NCBI GenBank assembly: GCA_004297205.1
Contig: SCUL01000002.1
Location: 462,647 to 526,646, forward strand
DNA length: 64,000 bases
From: Patescibacteria group bacterium
GTDB taxonomy: Bacteria; Patescibacteriota; Patescibacteriia; 2-12-FULL-57-11
Reading direction: 5' to 3'
In this document: positions 21,574 through 32,812 of the stretch, piece by piece
How the letters are laid out: each line of letters starts with the position of its first letter
How positions within the stretch are numbered: position 1 is the first letter of the stretch
Position numbers and translations under genes: made by a program
Notes under the pieces: generated by a model
Seen by the model: the letters and a program-made list of their open reading frames with translations, nothing else
Told to the model about the DNA's origin: nothing
Databases searched by the model: none

Positions 21574-22434
21574 TCAGATGCTTTCATTGACGCTACACCG
21601 CCTTGTTCGAAACGCATAGCTGGGAAAGGAACGATGCGGGCGGTTCATTGCCGAGAGGTATGTCCAGAGCGTCGGCGCATAAAATACCCTGCAAGACGCC
21701 GGTCGTGACAGGGTTGTCTGCCCGACCTCGGGAGGTTTCCTTACCAATGCGGGTAGAACCTTCGCGAGGGCCGCCGCTTGCCTCGCTTTGATGGTCCGCA
21801 ACGTCTCAAGCCGGCCAAGCTCCACGGCCACGCGCCGCACGATTGTCATGTTCTGGAACTGATGATCGCGAAGAACAACCGATACTCGGACCGGATCTCC
21901 ATGAAGGTACGCCCAAAATCCTCCTGAGTCACCGAGATAGTCGGGAACGTCTCCCCAGATCACTTGAAAGAACGGTTTACTCACCCCGCGAAACAGCCGA
22001 TGTGAAAAACGAAACGCATCAAGCAGAATGATGCCGTCGACATCTTTTATCGCCGCGACCACGGAGGACTCCGTGAAACAATAACGTCTTTCGGAACGCA
22101 CGGTCCGCCACTGCGGAGTTTCTCGTCCGACGACATGCCACAGGGAGCGGCCTGCAAGACGTTCACCGACCCGCTCCGCGCGAAGCCAGAAGGCGAGCAG
22201 CAGGTGACCGACGAACGTCGTGAAACCACGTTCAGCGATCCTCCTCCCCACCCAGGGCGTCCAATGTCCAAAAGGGATCTTGTAGTGGATGATCAGTAAT
22301 TGAAAACCGGCTGATTCGAGAGCGGCACACAGCAACGCATCCGTGGCTTTCGTCCCCGCAATAACCACGACGCGATGTGGTCCCTTCTCGGTTTCGTTCC
22401 GCGTCTCGATGCCCAGGATGCGCATGGCAACCAT
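21574..22434 (-). CDS. Formyltransferase-fold protein (Fmt/PurN-like N-domain) lacking the canonical Asn/His catalytic motif; low GC (~52%).
   Basis: Own frame analysis of the tail of track ORF 21574..23361. Start ATG 22434 (MVAMRILGIETRNE..RVVVIAGTKATDALLCAALESAGFQLLII resembles the Fmt N-terminus). The core DGIILLDAF...QVIWGDVPDYLGDSGG aligns with HGSLLPRWRG but without His. Third codon positions are AT-rich. Confidence 0.45.
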   Translation of the reverse strand: MVAMRILGIETRNETEKGPHRVVVIAGTKATDALLCAALESAGFQLLIIHYKIPFGHWTPWVGRRIAERGFTTFVGHLLLAFWLRAERVGERLAGRSLWHVVGRETPQWRTVRSERRYCFTESSVVAAIKDVDGIILLDAFRFSHRLFRGVSKPFFQVIWGDVPDYLGDSGGFWAYLHGDPVRVSVVLRDHQFQNMTIVRRVAVELGRLETLRTIKARQAAALAKVLPALVRKPPEVGQTTLSRPASCRVFYAPTLWTYLSAMNRPHRSFPSYAFRTRRCSVNESI

Positions 22435-22499
22435 CCTAGCGCGCCGGGGCAAAAAAAAGAACGGCGAGGGTGTCGCCGCCGAACCGCACCCGGGTCCGA

Positions 22500-23336
22500 T
22501 CAGGTCTTCGGAAGCCGCGCGATGATCGCGGTCAGGAGCTGCGTGAACCGCCGGCTCGCCGCCGCCGCCGTCCCGACGACGTCGTTGTGCGAGAGCGGCT
22601 GGTCCTTCACCCCGGCGCCGTAATTCGTGACGCACGAGAGGCCGAGAACTCGCCTGTTCATGTGCCGGAGCGCGATCACTTCCGGCACCGTGGACATGCC
22701 GGCGAGATCGGCACCGAGCGCGCGCAGCATGCGCACCTCGGCCGGCGTCTCGTACTGCGGTCCTGCCATCATCGCGTAGATGCCCTGCGCGAGCGGCTTG
22801 CCGAAGACCTCGCGCGCCGCGTCCTGCGCAAGCTCCCGGTACTCGGGATCGTAGGCGTCGGTCATGTCCGGGAAGCGCGGCCCGAAGGCCTCGACGTTTT
22901 CGCCGCGCAACGGCGAGGCGGACGCCAGGTTCAGGTGATCCCGGAGGATCACGAGGTCCCCGGGCCGGTAGTCCGTGTTCACGGATCCGGCCGCGCAGGT
23001 GACGACGAACGTGTCTACTCCGGCCATGGCCAGCGTCCGGACGGCGAAGACGACGTCCTCGAACGCATGCCCTTCGTAGGCATGCACGCGCCCGGCGAGC
23101 AGAAGCGCGCATCGCTCTCCAACCTCCTTCACGAAGAGACGTCCGGCATGGCCTTCCACGCCCGGAGACGGCAGGCCGAGCTCGTCGTAGGAGATCGACC
23201 TCGCGCTTCCGGTCGCATAGCTGCCAAGCCCGGAACCGAGCACGACCGCGACCTGCGGACGGAAACCGGTCCCGAGCCATGTCTTCACCCGCACCGCCGA
23301 CGTGTGAACCCGCTCTTCGTTCGCGTTCCTGATCAT
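22500..23336 (-). CDS. punA: Purine nucleoside phosphorylase (PunA/PNP family).
   Basis: VVLGSGLG, GRVHAYEGH and MSTVPEV motifs. Start may be ATG 23336 or the upstream alternative at 23399. Confidence 0.8.
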   Translation of the reverse strand: MIRNANEERVHTSAVRVKTWLGTGFRPQVAVVLGSGLGSYATGSARSISYDELGLPSPGVEGHAGRLFVKEVGERCALLLAGRVHAYEGHAFEDVVFAVRTLAMAGVDTFVVTCAAGSVNTDYRPGDLVILRDHLNLASASPLRGENVEAFGPRFPDMTDAYDPEYRELAQDAAREVFGKPLAQGIYAMMAGPQYETPAEVRMLRALGADLAGMSTVPEVIALRHMNRRVLGLSCVTNYGAGVKDQPLSHNDVVGTAAAASRRFTQLLTAIIARLPKT

Positions 23337-23426
23337 CAAACCCTCCTCGTTGGCCTTCCAACGTGGCGCGACCTTAACAAAACCCTTCGGCTTCTGCAAC
23401 GGACGGCGACACGTTGACGCGCGGGG

Positions 23427-25079
23427 TCACGGCATCGGCAGGAGCGCGGCGTCCGACTTGTGGAACGTGAAGCCGGCGTAATCGACCGTGTCCTTGCCGC
23501 GCGCGTCGATCCAGAAGAGATAGGTTCTGCTCGGAAGGAGGAGCTCTTCCCGGATCCCGCTCGCGGCCTGCACGTCGCGGTCGACGTAGTCCGTCACGAT
23601 CACGATCGTCTCCGTATCCGCGGGAATGGGAATGTCTTTGCCGAGCGTTCTTGACGCGGGGGCATGCCACCGCGTTTTGAAGAACGAGGGCTCGCCGCCG
23701 ACGAGCTCGGTGACGTCGTAGGCCGGAAGATAATAGCCCATGTGACGGAAGTACGGCTGTGTGCCGTCCCTCCAGACGTCGCTTCCCGGCGGACGGAACC
23801 GCATCCCGATCTCCGTGACGATCGCCGTCGTCTCCGGAGGGTGGGCGCGGATACTGCTCAGGATTTGGTCGAGCGACGCATCGCGCTGCGCGAGCGTGGT
23901 GCGGGTGAACGTCGTCACGAGGTGATTCTTGCGCTCCACAAACTTGGCCGCTTCCCACAGCGCCGGCACCCGGCGGAACGCGGGGTCGTTGAGCAGGAGA
24001 AAGCTCAGCGCACCGGATGCGATGACGAACGCAAAGAGCCCGGCGGCGATCGCGCGGCCGCGGTCCTGCTCCATCATTCGCGCCGCGGGGAACAAGAACA
24101 GAAGGAGAAGCGCCGGCGCCACGGTCATGAGGTAGCCGCTGCCTCCCATGTGGATGAAGAGGTAGACGAACAGCGAGGGCAACACCCAGACGAGCGCGAT
24201 GACGGCGAGGATGCCGTCCCCCGGACGGATCAGTCCGCGGACAGGCCGCCGGAAGATGACAACGGCGAGGGGAACAACCAGAGCCGCGTGGAGGATTGCG
24301 AGGATCGTTTTCCCAACGAACGCCGCCTTGGCCATGGTGGCGCCGAAGGGCGCGCCCAAGAAGGGAGACGTCGTACCTGCGGAGATCGCAGCCTGCGCGC
24401 CGAGCACCGCCATGAACGCGCCGATGCCGCCGGCCAACCCGATGAGCGGCACGAGCCACAGGGCGGTCAATCCCACGCCGACGCCGACGTTCAGGAGGAC
24501 GTCCCGGATCGTGCACCTCTTTGCGCGGACGAGCGCGGCAAACGACAAAATCCAGAGCGGAAGGAGCAGTAGGGTCGAACTCTGCCGGTATCCGCCGTAG
24601 AGCGCGAGCAGCGCGGTGAGAGGAAGGAGCAGATGCGCGCGCTTCTCCCGCAGGATGCGGAGCGTGACATACGCGGCGGCGACGGAGATGAACGCGTCGC
24701 CGCTGTAGTTGAGCGCCACCTCGCCGTAAAACCAGAAGAATGGATTGAACGCAAAAGCGAGTGCAACAAGAATCGCCGCCGTGCGGTTGCGCACGAGCTG
24801 TTCGGCGAGCAGGAACACCATGACGGTCGCGGCGGCGGAGGCAAGGATCGACAACACCACGAAACCCGCGTTCACGTCGCGCGTGAGGACGGAAAGCAGC
24901 TGCGCCGCTCCTAGATACAGCACATACCCCGGCGGATGGGGCTGGTGATGCACCATATCGAACCGTTCAATCCCCAGTGCGAACTGGACGGAGTCCCAAT
25001 CAAAAAGGTACCGCGTGGCAAACGGCACGCGCGTCGCAAGGACGATCAGGAACAACGCGGTGGGGGCGGACCGGCGCAT
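23427..25079 (-). CDS. GT-C fold membrane glycosyltransferase (PMT/ArnT-like).
   Basis: Thirteen or more TM helices. N-terminal loop FDWDSVQFALGIERFDMVHHQPHPPGYVLY is typical of GT39/GT83-like enzymes. Start chosen at ATG 25079 (MRRSAPTALFLIVL). Confidence 0.55.
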   Translation of the reverse strand: MRRSAPTALFLIVLATRVPFATRYLFDWDSVQFALGIERFDMVHHQPHPPGYVLYLGAAQLLSVLTRDVNAGFVVLSILASAAATVMVFLLAEQLVRNRTAAILVALAFAFNPFFWFYGEVALNYSGDAFISVAAAYVTLRILREKRAHLLLPLTALLALYGGYRQSSTLLLLPLWILSFAALVRAKRCTIRDVLLNVGVGVGLTALWLVPLIGLAGGIGAFMAVLGAQAAISAGTTSPFLGAPFGATMAKAAFVGKTILAILHAALVVPLAVVIFRRPVRGLIRPGDGILAVIALVWVLPSLFVYLFIHMGGSGYLMTVAPALLLLFLFPAARMMEQDRGRAIAAGLFAFVIASGALSFLLLNDPAFRRVPALWEAAKFVERKNHLVTTFTRTTLAQRDASLDQILSSIRAHPPETTAIVTEIGMRFRPPGSDVWRDGTQPYFRHMGYYLPAYDVTELVGGEPSFFKTRWHAPASRTLGKDIPIPADTETIVIVTDYVDRDVQAASGIREELLLPSRTYLFWIDARGKDTVDYAGFTFHKSDAALLPMP

Positions 25080-25154
25080 GATGCGGATTGTAATGTGCTC
25101 ATCTTTATCTTGAAAGACAGAACATTGACGCGCGGGAAAAATTCGGTTACATTC

Positions 25155-25229
25155 TCCGCCGCATGGCCTCATCGTCTAGTGGTTAGGACAGCGGCTTTTC
25201 AAGCCGTGAACGGGGGTTCGATTCCCCCT
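25155..25229 (+). tRNA. tRNA-Glu (anticodon UUC), CCA encoded.
   Basis: Acceptor GGCCTCA/TGAGGCT; D-arm TCGTCTAGTGGTTAGGACA; anticodon loop TTTTCAA; T-arm GGGGG-TTCGATT-CCCCC. Confidence 0.8.
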
Positions 25230-25339
25230 GAGGCTACCATGGACCCGTACCTCAACAGTTGAGCGCTGATCGGAACGTCGATCCTTTCGCTACCGGTCGA
25301 CGTCCCTTTCAGGGGCGAGTGCAACTCTCGCACGGTTCA

Positions 25340-25372
25340 CCCAAAACACCCCGCCAAGGCGGGGTGTTTTGT
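25340..25372 (+). terminator. Intrinsic terminator after tRNA-Glu.
   Basis: caccccgcc-aagg-cggggtg followed by TTTTGTTTT. Confidence 0.5.
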
Positions 25373-25425
25373 TTTCAGCCAAGGGACTCGAACGAAGATA
25401 AAAAGTATCCGCCGGGAGGGGCGGA

Positions 25426-25845
25426 TCACGTCTGCTTCTTGGGACGCTTCTCGTCGTGTGCCTTGCGCAGGGCCAGGGCGTCCTTGTACTCCGCGACGAC
25501 CCGCAAGTCGACATTGCGGGCATCCTTTGCCGCTGCCCTCATGCAGGCGGCGACGTAAGCGTTCTTGGTGGCGACCACGATCTTTGCGCCGCCCTTGCCG
25601 GCGAACTCCCTGAACGCATTCCAGAGCGCCTCGGGCGCGTCGGGCGCGACCTGTTCGACCGTCGCACAACTGACGATCCAGAAGGCGCCCGGCTCTATCA
25701 GCAGGCGCACCATCTCCATCTCCTTCTCCACGGCCTTCGCATTCAGGATCCGCGGGAAGGTGGTTTGCGGGTCGCCCTTGAGCAGCTCCTTCAGCATGAA
25801 CTGCGCCGAGCGGCCTGGCGGCAGCGTCTTATTGTCGTCACCCAT
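25426..25845 (-). CDS. Hypothetical protein, 139 aa.
   Basis: Real C-terminal part of track ORF 25426..26430, with start at ATG 25845 (MGDDNKTLPPGR...). A terminator hairpin atccgcccctcccggcggat lies downstream on the minus strand (25403-25425). Confidence 0.45.
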   Translation of the reverse strand: MGDDNKTLPPGRSAQFMLKELLKGDPQTTFPRILNAKAVEKEMEMVRLLIEPGAFWIVSCATVEQVAPDAPEALWNAFREFAGKGGAKIVVATKNAYVAACMRAAAKDARNVDLRVVAEYKDALALRKAHDEKRPKKQT

Positions 25846-25960
25846 CACGGCTCCTTTGGGGTGTTGCCGCATTGTACGCAGCGCCGCCGCCTTGTCAATC
25901 CTGACCTCCCGTGGTTGAATTGCCCGGCATCTTCGCGGTGAAGATGAGGAGGTTTCGGAC

Positions 25961-27247
25961 ATGGATCGGAGGACGCAGAATTCCGTGGTCGTCATCGGCG
26001 GCGGCGGACGCGAACACGCGCTCGTCTGGAAGCTGCGGCAGTCCCCGCTCGTCGATCTCGTGACGTGCATCCCGGGCAACGCCGGCATCGCCGAGATCGC
26101 GCAGTGCATCCCGGCGGATCTCGCCAAGACCGACGAGCTGACGAAGATGATCGTGGACCTGCAGCCGGACCTGGTCGTCGTCGGTCCGGAAAAACCGCTC
26201 GCCGACGGGCTGGTCGATGCACTCGCGGCGAAGGGCGTCCGGGTCTTCGGTCCGAGCGCGGCAGCGGCGCAGATCGAAAGTTCCAAAGCGTTCGCCAAGC
26301 GGCTGATGCAGCGGGCGGACGTGCCGACGCCGGGTTTCTCCATCGCCGGCAACATGAACGAGGCATCGCGGTACATCCGTGCCGCAAGCGGTCCGCTCGT
26401 CGTCAAAGCCGACGGCCTGTGCGCGGGCAAGGGCGTCGTGGTCTGCGCGACGCAGGACGAAGCCCTGGCCGCGGCGGAAGCCGTGCTCGTCCAACGGATC
26501 CACGGCGATGCCGGCTATCGCGTCGTCGTCGAGGAACGGATCGTCGGCCGCGAACTCTCGGTCATGGCGCTGTGCGACGGCACGCGCGTGCTGCTGCTGC
26601 CCGCGGCGCAGGACTACAAGCGGCGCGAGGACGGCGACCGCGGCCCGATGACCGGTGGCATGGGCGCGTTCAGCCCGTCGCCGCTCGCCACCCCGGAGCT
26701 GCTCGAAACCGTCCGTACGAGGATCCTTGAACCGGTCGTCGCCGAGATGAAGCACGAAGGCGATCCCTTCCGCGGACTCCTCTACGCCGGACTGATGATC
26801 ACGGAACGCGGACCCCTAGTGCTCGAGTTCAACTGCCGCTTCGGCGATCCGGAAACCCAGGTCGTGCTGCCGCGCATCGAAGACGACCTCTACGAACTGC
26901 TCGTCTTCGCCGCCATGGGACGCTTCCCGAGCGGCATCCGCGCGGTCTCAACATCGCCCCGCGCCGCGGTCTGCGTCGTGAAGTGCGCCGCGGACTATCC
27001 GGCGGGCGGCTCAAAGGACGTGCCGCTCACCTGGACGACCCACGCGGACTTCACGGACGCGGAAATCTTCCATGCCGGCACGAAGGAAGACGGCCGCGGG
27101 CGTCCCGTCACAAACGGCGGGCGCGTGCTCGACATCGTGGGCATCGGCGACACGGTCGCGGGGGCGCGCCAACGCGCCTACACGGCGGCCGCGGACATCG
27201 GCTTCGCCGGCGAGGCGTTCCGCACCGACATCGCCGCAGACGTCTGA
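25961..27247 (+). CDS. purD: Phosphoribosylamine--glycine ligase.
   Basis: SD GAGGAGG upstream; ATP-grasp motifs. N-terminus VVVIGGGGREHALVWKL. Confidence 0.9.
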   Translation: MDRRTQNSVVVIGGGGREHALVWKLRQSPLVDLVTCIPGNAGIAEIAQCIPADLAKTDELTKMIVDLQPDLVVVGPEKPLADGLVDALAAKGVRVFGPSAAAAQIESSKAFAKRLMQRADVPTPGFSIAGNMNEASRYIRAASGPLVVKADGLCAGKGVVVCATQDEALAAAEAVLVQRIHGDAGYRVVVEERIVGRELSVMALCDGTRVLLLPAAQDYKRREDGDRGPMTGGMGAFSPSPLATPELLETVRTRILEPVVAEMKHEGDPFRGLLYAGLMITERGPLVLEFNCRFGDPETQVVLPRIEDDLYELLVFAAMGRFPSGIRAVSTSPRAAVCVVKCAADYPAGGSKDVPLTWTTHADFTDAEIFHAGTKEDGRGRPVTNGGRVLDIVGIGDTVAGARQRAYTAAADIGFAGEAFRTDIAADV

Positions 27248-27267
27248 CATCCTCCCCGGGAGGACGG

Positions 27268-27330
27268 TGGCCCACGGCCACCTGTTTTTTTACAAAAAAA
27301 GAAGGCGACTTGCGTCGCCGCGCCGCGCTC
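27268..27330. terminator. Back-to-back intrinsic terminators for purD (+) and guaB (-).
   Basis: ggtggcc-cac-ggccacc plus a T8 run; then ggcgac-ttgc-gtcgcc, preceded by an A-run serving the minus strand. Confidence 0.5.
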
Positions 27331-27340
27331 CCGAGTCCCG

Positions 27341-28843
<1,503 letters not shown>

Positions 28844-28934
28844 CTATTAGAGAGGAACGGCAGGTCCCCGTCAACGGTTGACGCGCCCGCAAGCGGCCGC
28901 CTACCATGGGGTGCCGAAAAGGCAAGGAGACGAC

Positions 28935-30248
28935 ATGAAGGGAAAAACGATGGCCGTCGTCGGCGCCCAGTGGGGCGACGAGGGTAAGGGGAAGATCGTG
29001 GATGCGCTGGCCGCGGACGCCGACATCATCGCCCGCTACGGCGGGGGCGCCAACGCCGGACACACCATCTGGGTGGACGGCAAGAAGACGGTGCTGCACC
29101 TGCTCCCCTCGAGCATCCTGCGGCCCGGCAAGACCAACGTCGTCGGCCCCTACGTGGTGGTCGATCCGGAGGTGCTCGTCGCGGAGCTCGCGATCGCCCG
29201 CAAGATCGGCGCGACGGTCATCCTCGATCCGCGCTGCCAGGTGGTCACGCCGTTGCACCGGCAGATCGACGTGCTGCGGGAGCTCACGAACGGCACGGGC
29301 GTGATCGGCACCACGGGCAAGGGCATCGGCCCGGCCTACGAGGACCTCGCGGCGCGTCGCGGCCCCAAGCTGCGCGACCTGCTGTCGACGAGACGGATGT
29401 TCCGCGCGCTCCGGGACCGGCACTTCCTCGAAGAGCGGATGCTCCTGATCCGGACGTACGCCGCCCAGGGGAAGGACGAAACGGACCCCATCCGCTGGCG
29501 GCTCTTCGCCGAGAACGGTCGCGACTGGCCGGAGCTCGAACTCTCCGGCTGGGGAGTCCAGCACGCCGAGACCATTGCTCCGCACCTCAAGGATGCGGCC
29601 GGCCTGATCGACGCGGCGGACGGCAAGACCCTCCTCTTCGAAGGCGCGCAGGGCATCATGCTCGGCATGGTGGCCGGCACGCAGCCGTACGTCACCGCGT
29701 CGCTGACCGGTCCGGGCGCGATCGGCGAGACGCTGGGCGTCCACCGCCTCGACCGGGTGATCGGCGTCGCCAAGGCCTACGTCACGCGCGTCGGCGGCGG
29801 TCCGTTCCCGACCGAAACGCCGGAGAAGGGCGACTGGCTGCGCGAGCGCGGTGCCGAGTACGGTGCAACGACCGGCCGGCCCAGGCGCTGCGGCTGGCTC
29901 GATCTGGTGGCGCTCCGCTACGCCTGCCGCATGGGCGGGATCACCGAGCTCGTCATCACCAAGCTCGACGTGCTGCGCGGCCTCGCGGAGATCCCCCTCT
30001 GCCGCGCCTACCACCGCGGCGACGGCGCGCCGTGCGTGCCGGAGGGCTTCGACGCGGAGGGACTCGACGGCTTCCAGCCGATCTACGAGACGCTCCCCGG
30101 CTGGAGCGAGGACATCTCCGGCTGCCGGAGCTGGGACGACCTGCCGGAGAACGTCCGGACGTTCCTGAATCTGGTCTCGCTCCAGCTCGGCGTCCCCGTG
30201 ACCGGCGCGAGCGTCGGTCCGGAACGCGAACAGATCGCCTGGCGATAA
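28935..30248 (+). CDS. purA: Adenylosuccinate synthetase.
   Basis: SD AAGGAGA before ATG 28935. N-terminus MKGKTMAVVGAQWGDEGKGKIVD; GDEGKGK P-loop. Confidence 0.9.
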   Translation: MKGKTMAVVGAQWGDEGKGKIVDALAADADIIARYGGGANAGHTIWVDGKKTVLHLLPSSILRPGKTNVVGPYVVVDPEVLVAELAIARKIGATVILDPRCQVVTPLHRQIDVLRELTNGTGVIGTTGKGIGPAYEDLAARRGPKLRDLLSTRRMFRALRDRHFLEERMLLIRTYAAQGKDETDPIRWRLFAENGRDWPELELSGWGVQHAETIAPHLKDAAGLIDAADGKTLLFEGAQGIMLGMVAGTQPYVTASLTGPGAIGETLGVHRLDRVIGVAKAYVTRVGGGPFPTETPEKGDWLRERGAEYGATTGRPRRCGWLDLVALRYACRMGGITELVITKLDVLRGLAEIPLCRAYHRGDGAPCVPEGFDAEGLDGFQPIYETLPGWSEDISGCRSWDDLPENVRTFLNLVSLQLGVPVTGASVGPEREQIAWR

Positions 30249-30355
30249 CCGACCGGACGGCACCCGCATCGGGCGGGGCCGCCGGTCTCTTTTTTATGCG
30301 AAAAAAAGTAGCGGATGCGTGTGCATCCGCCGGCGCCGTGGCGCCGTTCCCGCGC

Positions 30356-32095
30356 TCAGACGCCGTGGCCGAAGAAACCCCGGCCGTCCTTGTCCGGGAT
30401 CATGACGAGCGTCACCCCGGCCGCCTTGCAGGTCGCCTGCACGTCCGTGTCCTTCCTCGCCCCGCTCGTGGCGAAGATCGTGCGCACGCCCGCGGCGATG
30501 AGCTTCTCCGGCCCGTCGATGAACGGGAAGAAGCTGTCGCTGTAGGCCACGGCGCCGCGCACGTCGTGCGGCGGCACGTCCTTGTGGTGTTGGCGCGTGG
30601 CGCGCGCGATCGCGGTCTGAGCCGCGAAGACGCGGTCCTGCTGGCCGACGCCGTTGCCGATGAGCGCGCCCATGCGCACCAGCGAGATCGTGTTCGAGTT
30701 GCTGGTGCAGCCCACGGCCCACGCCAGGATGACGTTGGCCTTGTCTGCCTCGATGAGCTCGCCGAAGATCTCGACCCGGGCGTGGCGCAGATCCATCACG
30801 AACGTGTAGTTCGGCTGGAGGGTGAAGCCGCCGCGCACACGCTTCAGCAGCGGCGTGCCGTCGAGCGAGGCCGGCGTGAGCCGACCGAGCTCGGAGTTCA
30901 CGATGCCGCGGCACTTGCCGTGATCGACGCGGTCGAGCTCCTTGAACGCCTCGGGGGTGATCTCCGGGGCGATGACCCCGTCGAGCAGCCGCTTCTTGAG
31001 GCCGGTGTCGGCGAAGTGGAGGTGCTGGCGCAGCAGCTCCGCCTCGGGCAGGCCGATCGGGAAGTTCGTCATGACGAAGCCCCCGTGGACCGCCGTGAGG
31101 TCGCCGGCGAGCATCCCCCTGAGGGCGCCCGCCGCGTCCGGTGCGATCGCGGCGCCGCAGGCGTTGCCGTGCTTGACCCCGACCGCGATCATCGGCGAAC
31201 CGAGCTGGTTCACCGCGAACCCGGCCTGGACGTGCGTGACCGTCTGCAGCAGCCGGTCGAGGTCGGTTATGTTCACGAGACTCGGCGGCTGGCTGCCCTC
31301 GAGGATCTCGAAGCGATGCACCGCGAGCGGGTCCTCGTCCGTGGTCCGGTAGAGCGTCGCCTCCGCCTGCTGCGGATTCTCGCCGTACTTGACCGGCCAC
31401 TCGTCGACCCGCTCCCCGGCCAGGAAGTAGTACTTCCCCTTGCCGTGGTAGGCGGCCGACGCGCCGCAGTAGCGCGCGACGAGGTACTCGCCGTACGCCA
31501 CGCCCTCGGTGATGAACTCGTCCGAGGCGGCGCGCCCGTCGCGCAGCGCGGCGAGCGTCTCCTCGTAGCACGCCGGGTTCAACACGAGGATGCGCCGGCC
31601 CTTCGCGCCGGAGCGAACCATCGTCGGACCGCCGATGTCGGTGCCCTCGATGACCTCCTCGACCGTCACGCCGGGCTTCGCGATCGTCCGCTCGAGCGGG
31701 TAGAAGTTCACCACGACGATGTCGATCGACGGGATGCCCATCCGCGCCAGCTCGTCGCGATCCTCCTCGACGTAGCGCGCGAGCAGCCCCGCGCTGATCT
31801 CCCGCGAGAGCGTCTTGACGCGGTCCCGCAGGAACGGCTGCCCCGTCTCCTCGAGAATGGCGGCGATGGTGTCCGCCGGCACCTTGTGACGCTCGAGGAC
31901 CGTCCGGAGCGAGCAGCGCAGCAGCTCGGTGACGTCCGTGACCGCGACACCCCCCACGCGCAGCTCCTTGGCGGTGCCGCCGGTCGAGTAGATGGTGATG
32001 CCCTGCTCGACGAGCTCCCGGCAGAACGGGACGATGCCCGTCTTGTCCGAGACCGAGACCAGGGCGGTCTTCGGCTTCCAGTTCTCGATGTTCAT
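30356..32095 (-). CDS. purH: Bifunctional AICAR transformylase / IMP cyclohydrolase.
   Basis: MGS-like N-domain (ALVSVSDKTGIV) and AICARFT domain. SD AGGAGGAAACAG upstream. Confidence 0.95.
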   Translation of the reverse strand: MNIENWKPKTALVSVSDKTGIVPFCRELVEQGITIYSTGGTAKELRVGGVAVTDVTELLRCSLRTVLERHKVPADTIAAILEETGQPFLRDRVKTLSREISAGLLARYVEEDRDELARMGIPSIDIVVVNFYPLERTIAKPGVTVEEVIEGTDIGGPTMVRSGAKGRRILVLNPACYEETLAALRDGRAASDEFITEGVAYGEYLVARYCGASAAYHGKGKYYFLAGERVDEWPVKYGENPQQAEATLYRTTDEDPLAVHRFEILEGSQPPSLVNITDLDRLLQTVTHVQAGFAVNQLGSPMIAVGVKHGNACGAAIAPDAAGALRGMLAGDLTAVHGGFVMTNFPIGLPEAELLRQHLHFADTGLKKRLLDGVIAPEITPEAFKELDRVDHGKCRGIVNSELGRLTPASLDGTPLLKRVRGGFTLQPNYTFVMDLRHARVEIFGELIEADKANVILAWAVGCTSNSNTISLVRMGALIGNGVGQQDRVFAAQTAIARATRQHHKDVPPHDVRGAVAYSDSFFPFIDGPEKLIAAGVRTIFATSGARKDTDVQATCKAAGVTLVMIPDKDGRGFFGHGV

Positions 32096-32235
32096 GACCT
32101 GTTTCCTCCTGCCCTGTCGTCGGGCGGCAAAAGAGTAGCGAAGAACAGGGAAAAACGCTACCGTGTCCCTGTAATCGCCGACTGTCGCCCGCCGTAAGAG
32201 TGTGCAGGATGCTGCATACCTCAGAAGGCGCGGCC

Positions 32236-32805
32236 ATGGCCATGACCGACGCCCTGCCCCATCGCGACGAGGATACGGCGCTCGCCATCCGTGCCAAGAC
32301 GGAGCGGGAAGCCTTCGGCATGCTCTTCGACCGCTGGCTGCCCAAGATCTACGGCTACATCTACCGCCGCATCGGACACCGCGAAACGGCCGAGGACCTC
32401 GCCAGCCGCGCCTTCGAGAAGGCCTACGGCGCGATCCGGTCCTTCGACGCCAAGAAAGGAAGCTGGAGTTCCTGGATGTATCGCATCGCCACGAACGTGC
32501 TCTACGACCACTACCGCTCCGCCAAGGACGTGGTACTGCTCGAGGAGGATGCCGCCGAGGCGCTGCCGTCCAAAGAAGATTTGAACCTGCTCGTCGACCG
32601 CGGGTTCGACGCGGTGCGCGTGCGCGCCGCGATGGAAGGCATGCCCGAACGCTACAAGTCGGCCATCGCCCTGCGCTTCTTCGAAGAGCGCACCACGGAA
32701 GAGATGATGGAGATTCTCGAGGTGAAACGCGGAACGCTCGCCGTGCTCATGCATCGGAGCCTGCGCGCGCTCGGCCGACGCCTCGTAGAGAGACCGGACG
32801 CCTAA
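32236..32805 (+). CDS. ECF-type RNA polymerase sigma-70 factor.
   Basis: Region 2 (YGYIYRRIGHRETAEDLASRAF...SWSSWMYRIATN) and region 4 (ERYKSAIALRFFEERTTEEMMEIL...GTLAVLMHRSLRAL). Start ATG 32236 has GAAGG upstream; alternative starts at 32209 or 32200. Confidence 0.8.
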   Translation: MAMTDALPHRDEDTALAIRAKTEREAFGMLFDRWLPKIYGYIYRRIGHRETAEDLASRAFEKAYGAIRSFDAKKGSWSSWMYRIATNVLYDHYRSAKDVVLLEEDAAEALPSKEDLNLLVDRGFDAVRVRAAMEGMPERYKSAIALRFFEERTTEEMMEILEVKRGTLAVLMHRSLRALGRRLVERPDA

Positions 32806-32812
32806 CTTTTAT

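Noticed and set aside
21574-23361. 595-aa minus ORF taken as a single gene.
   Set aside because: It is chimeric. Only its 3' third (21574..22434) is a coherent protein. The 5' part overlaps punA in another frame and is Arg-rich junk.
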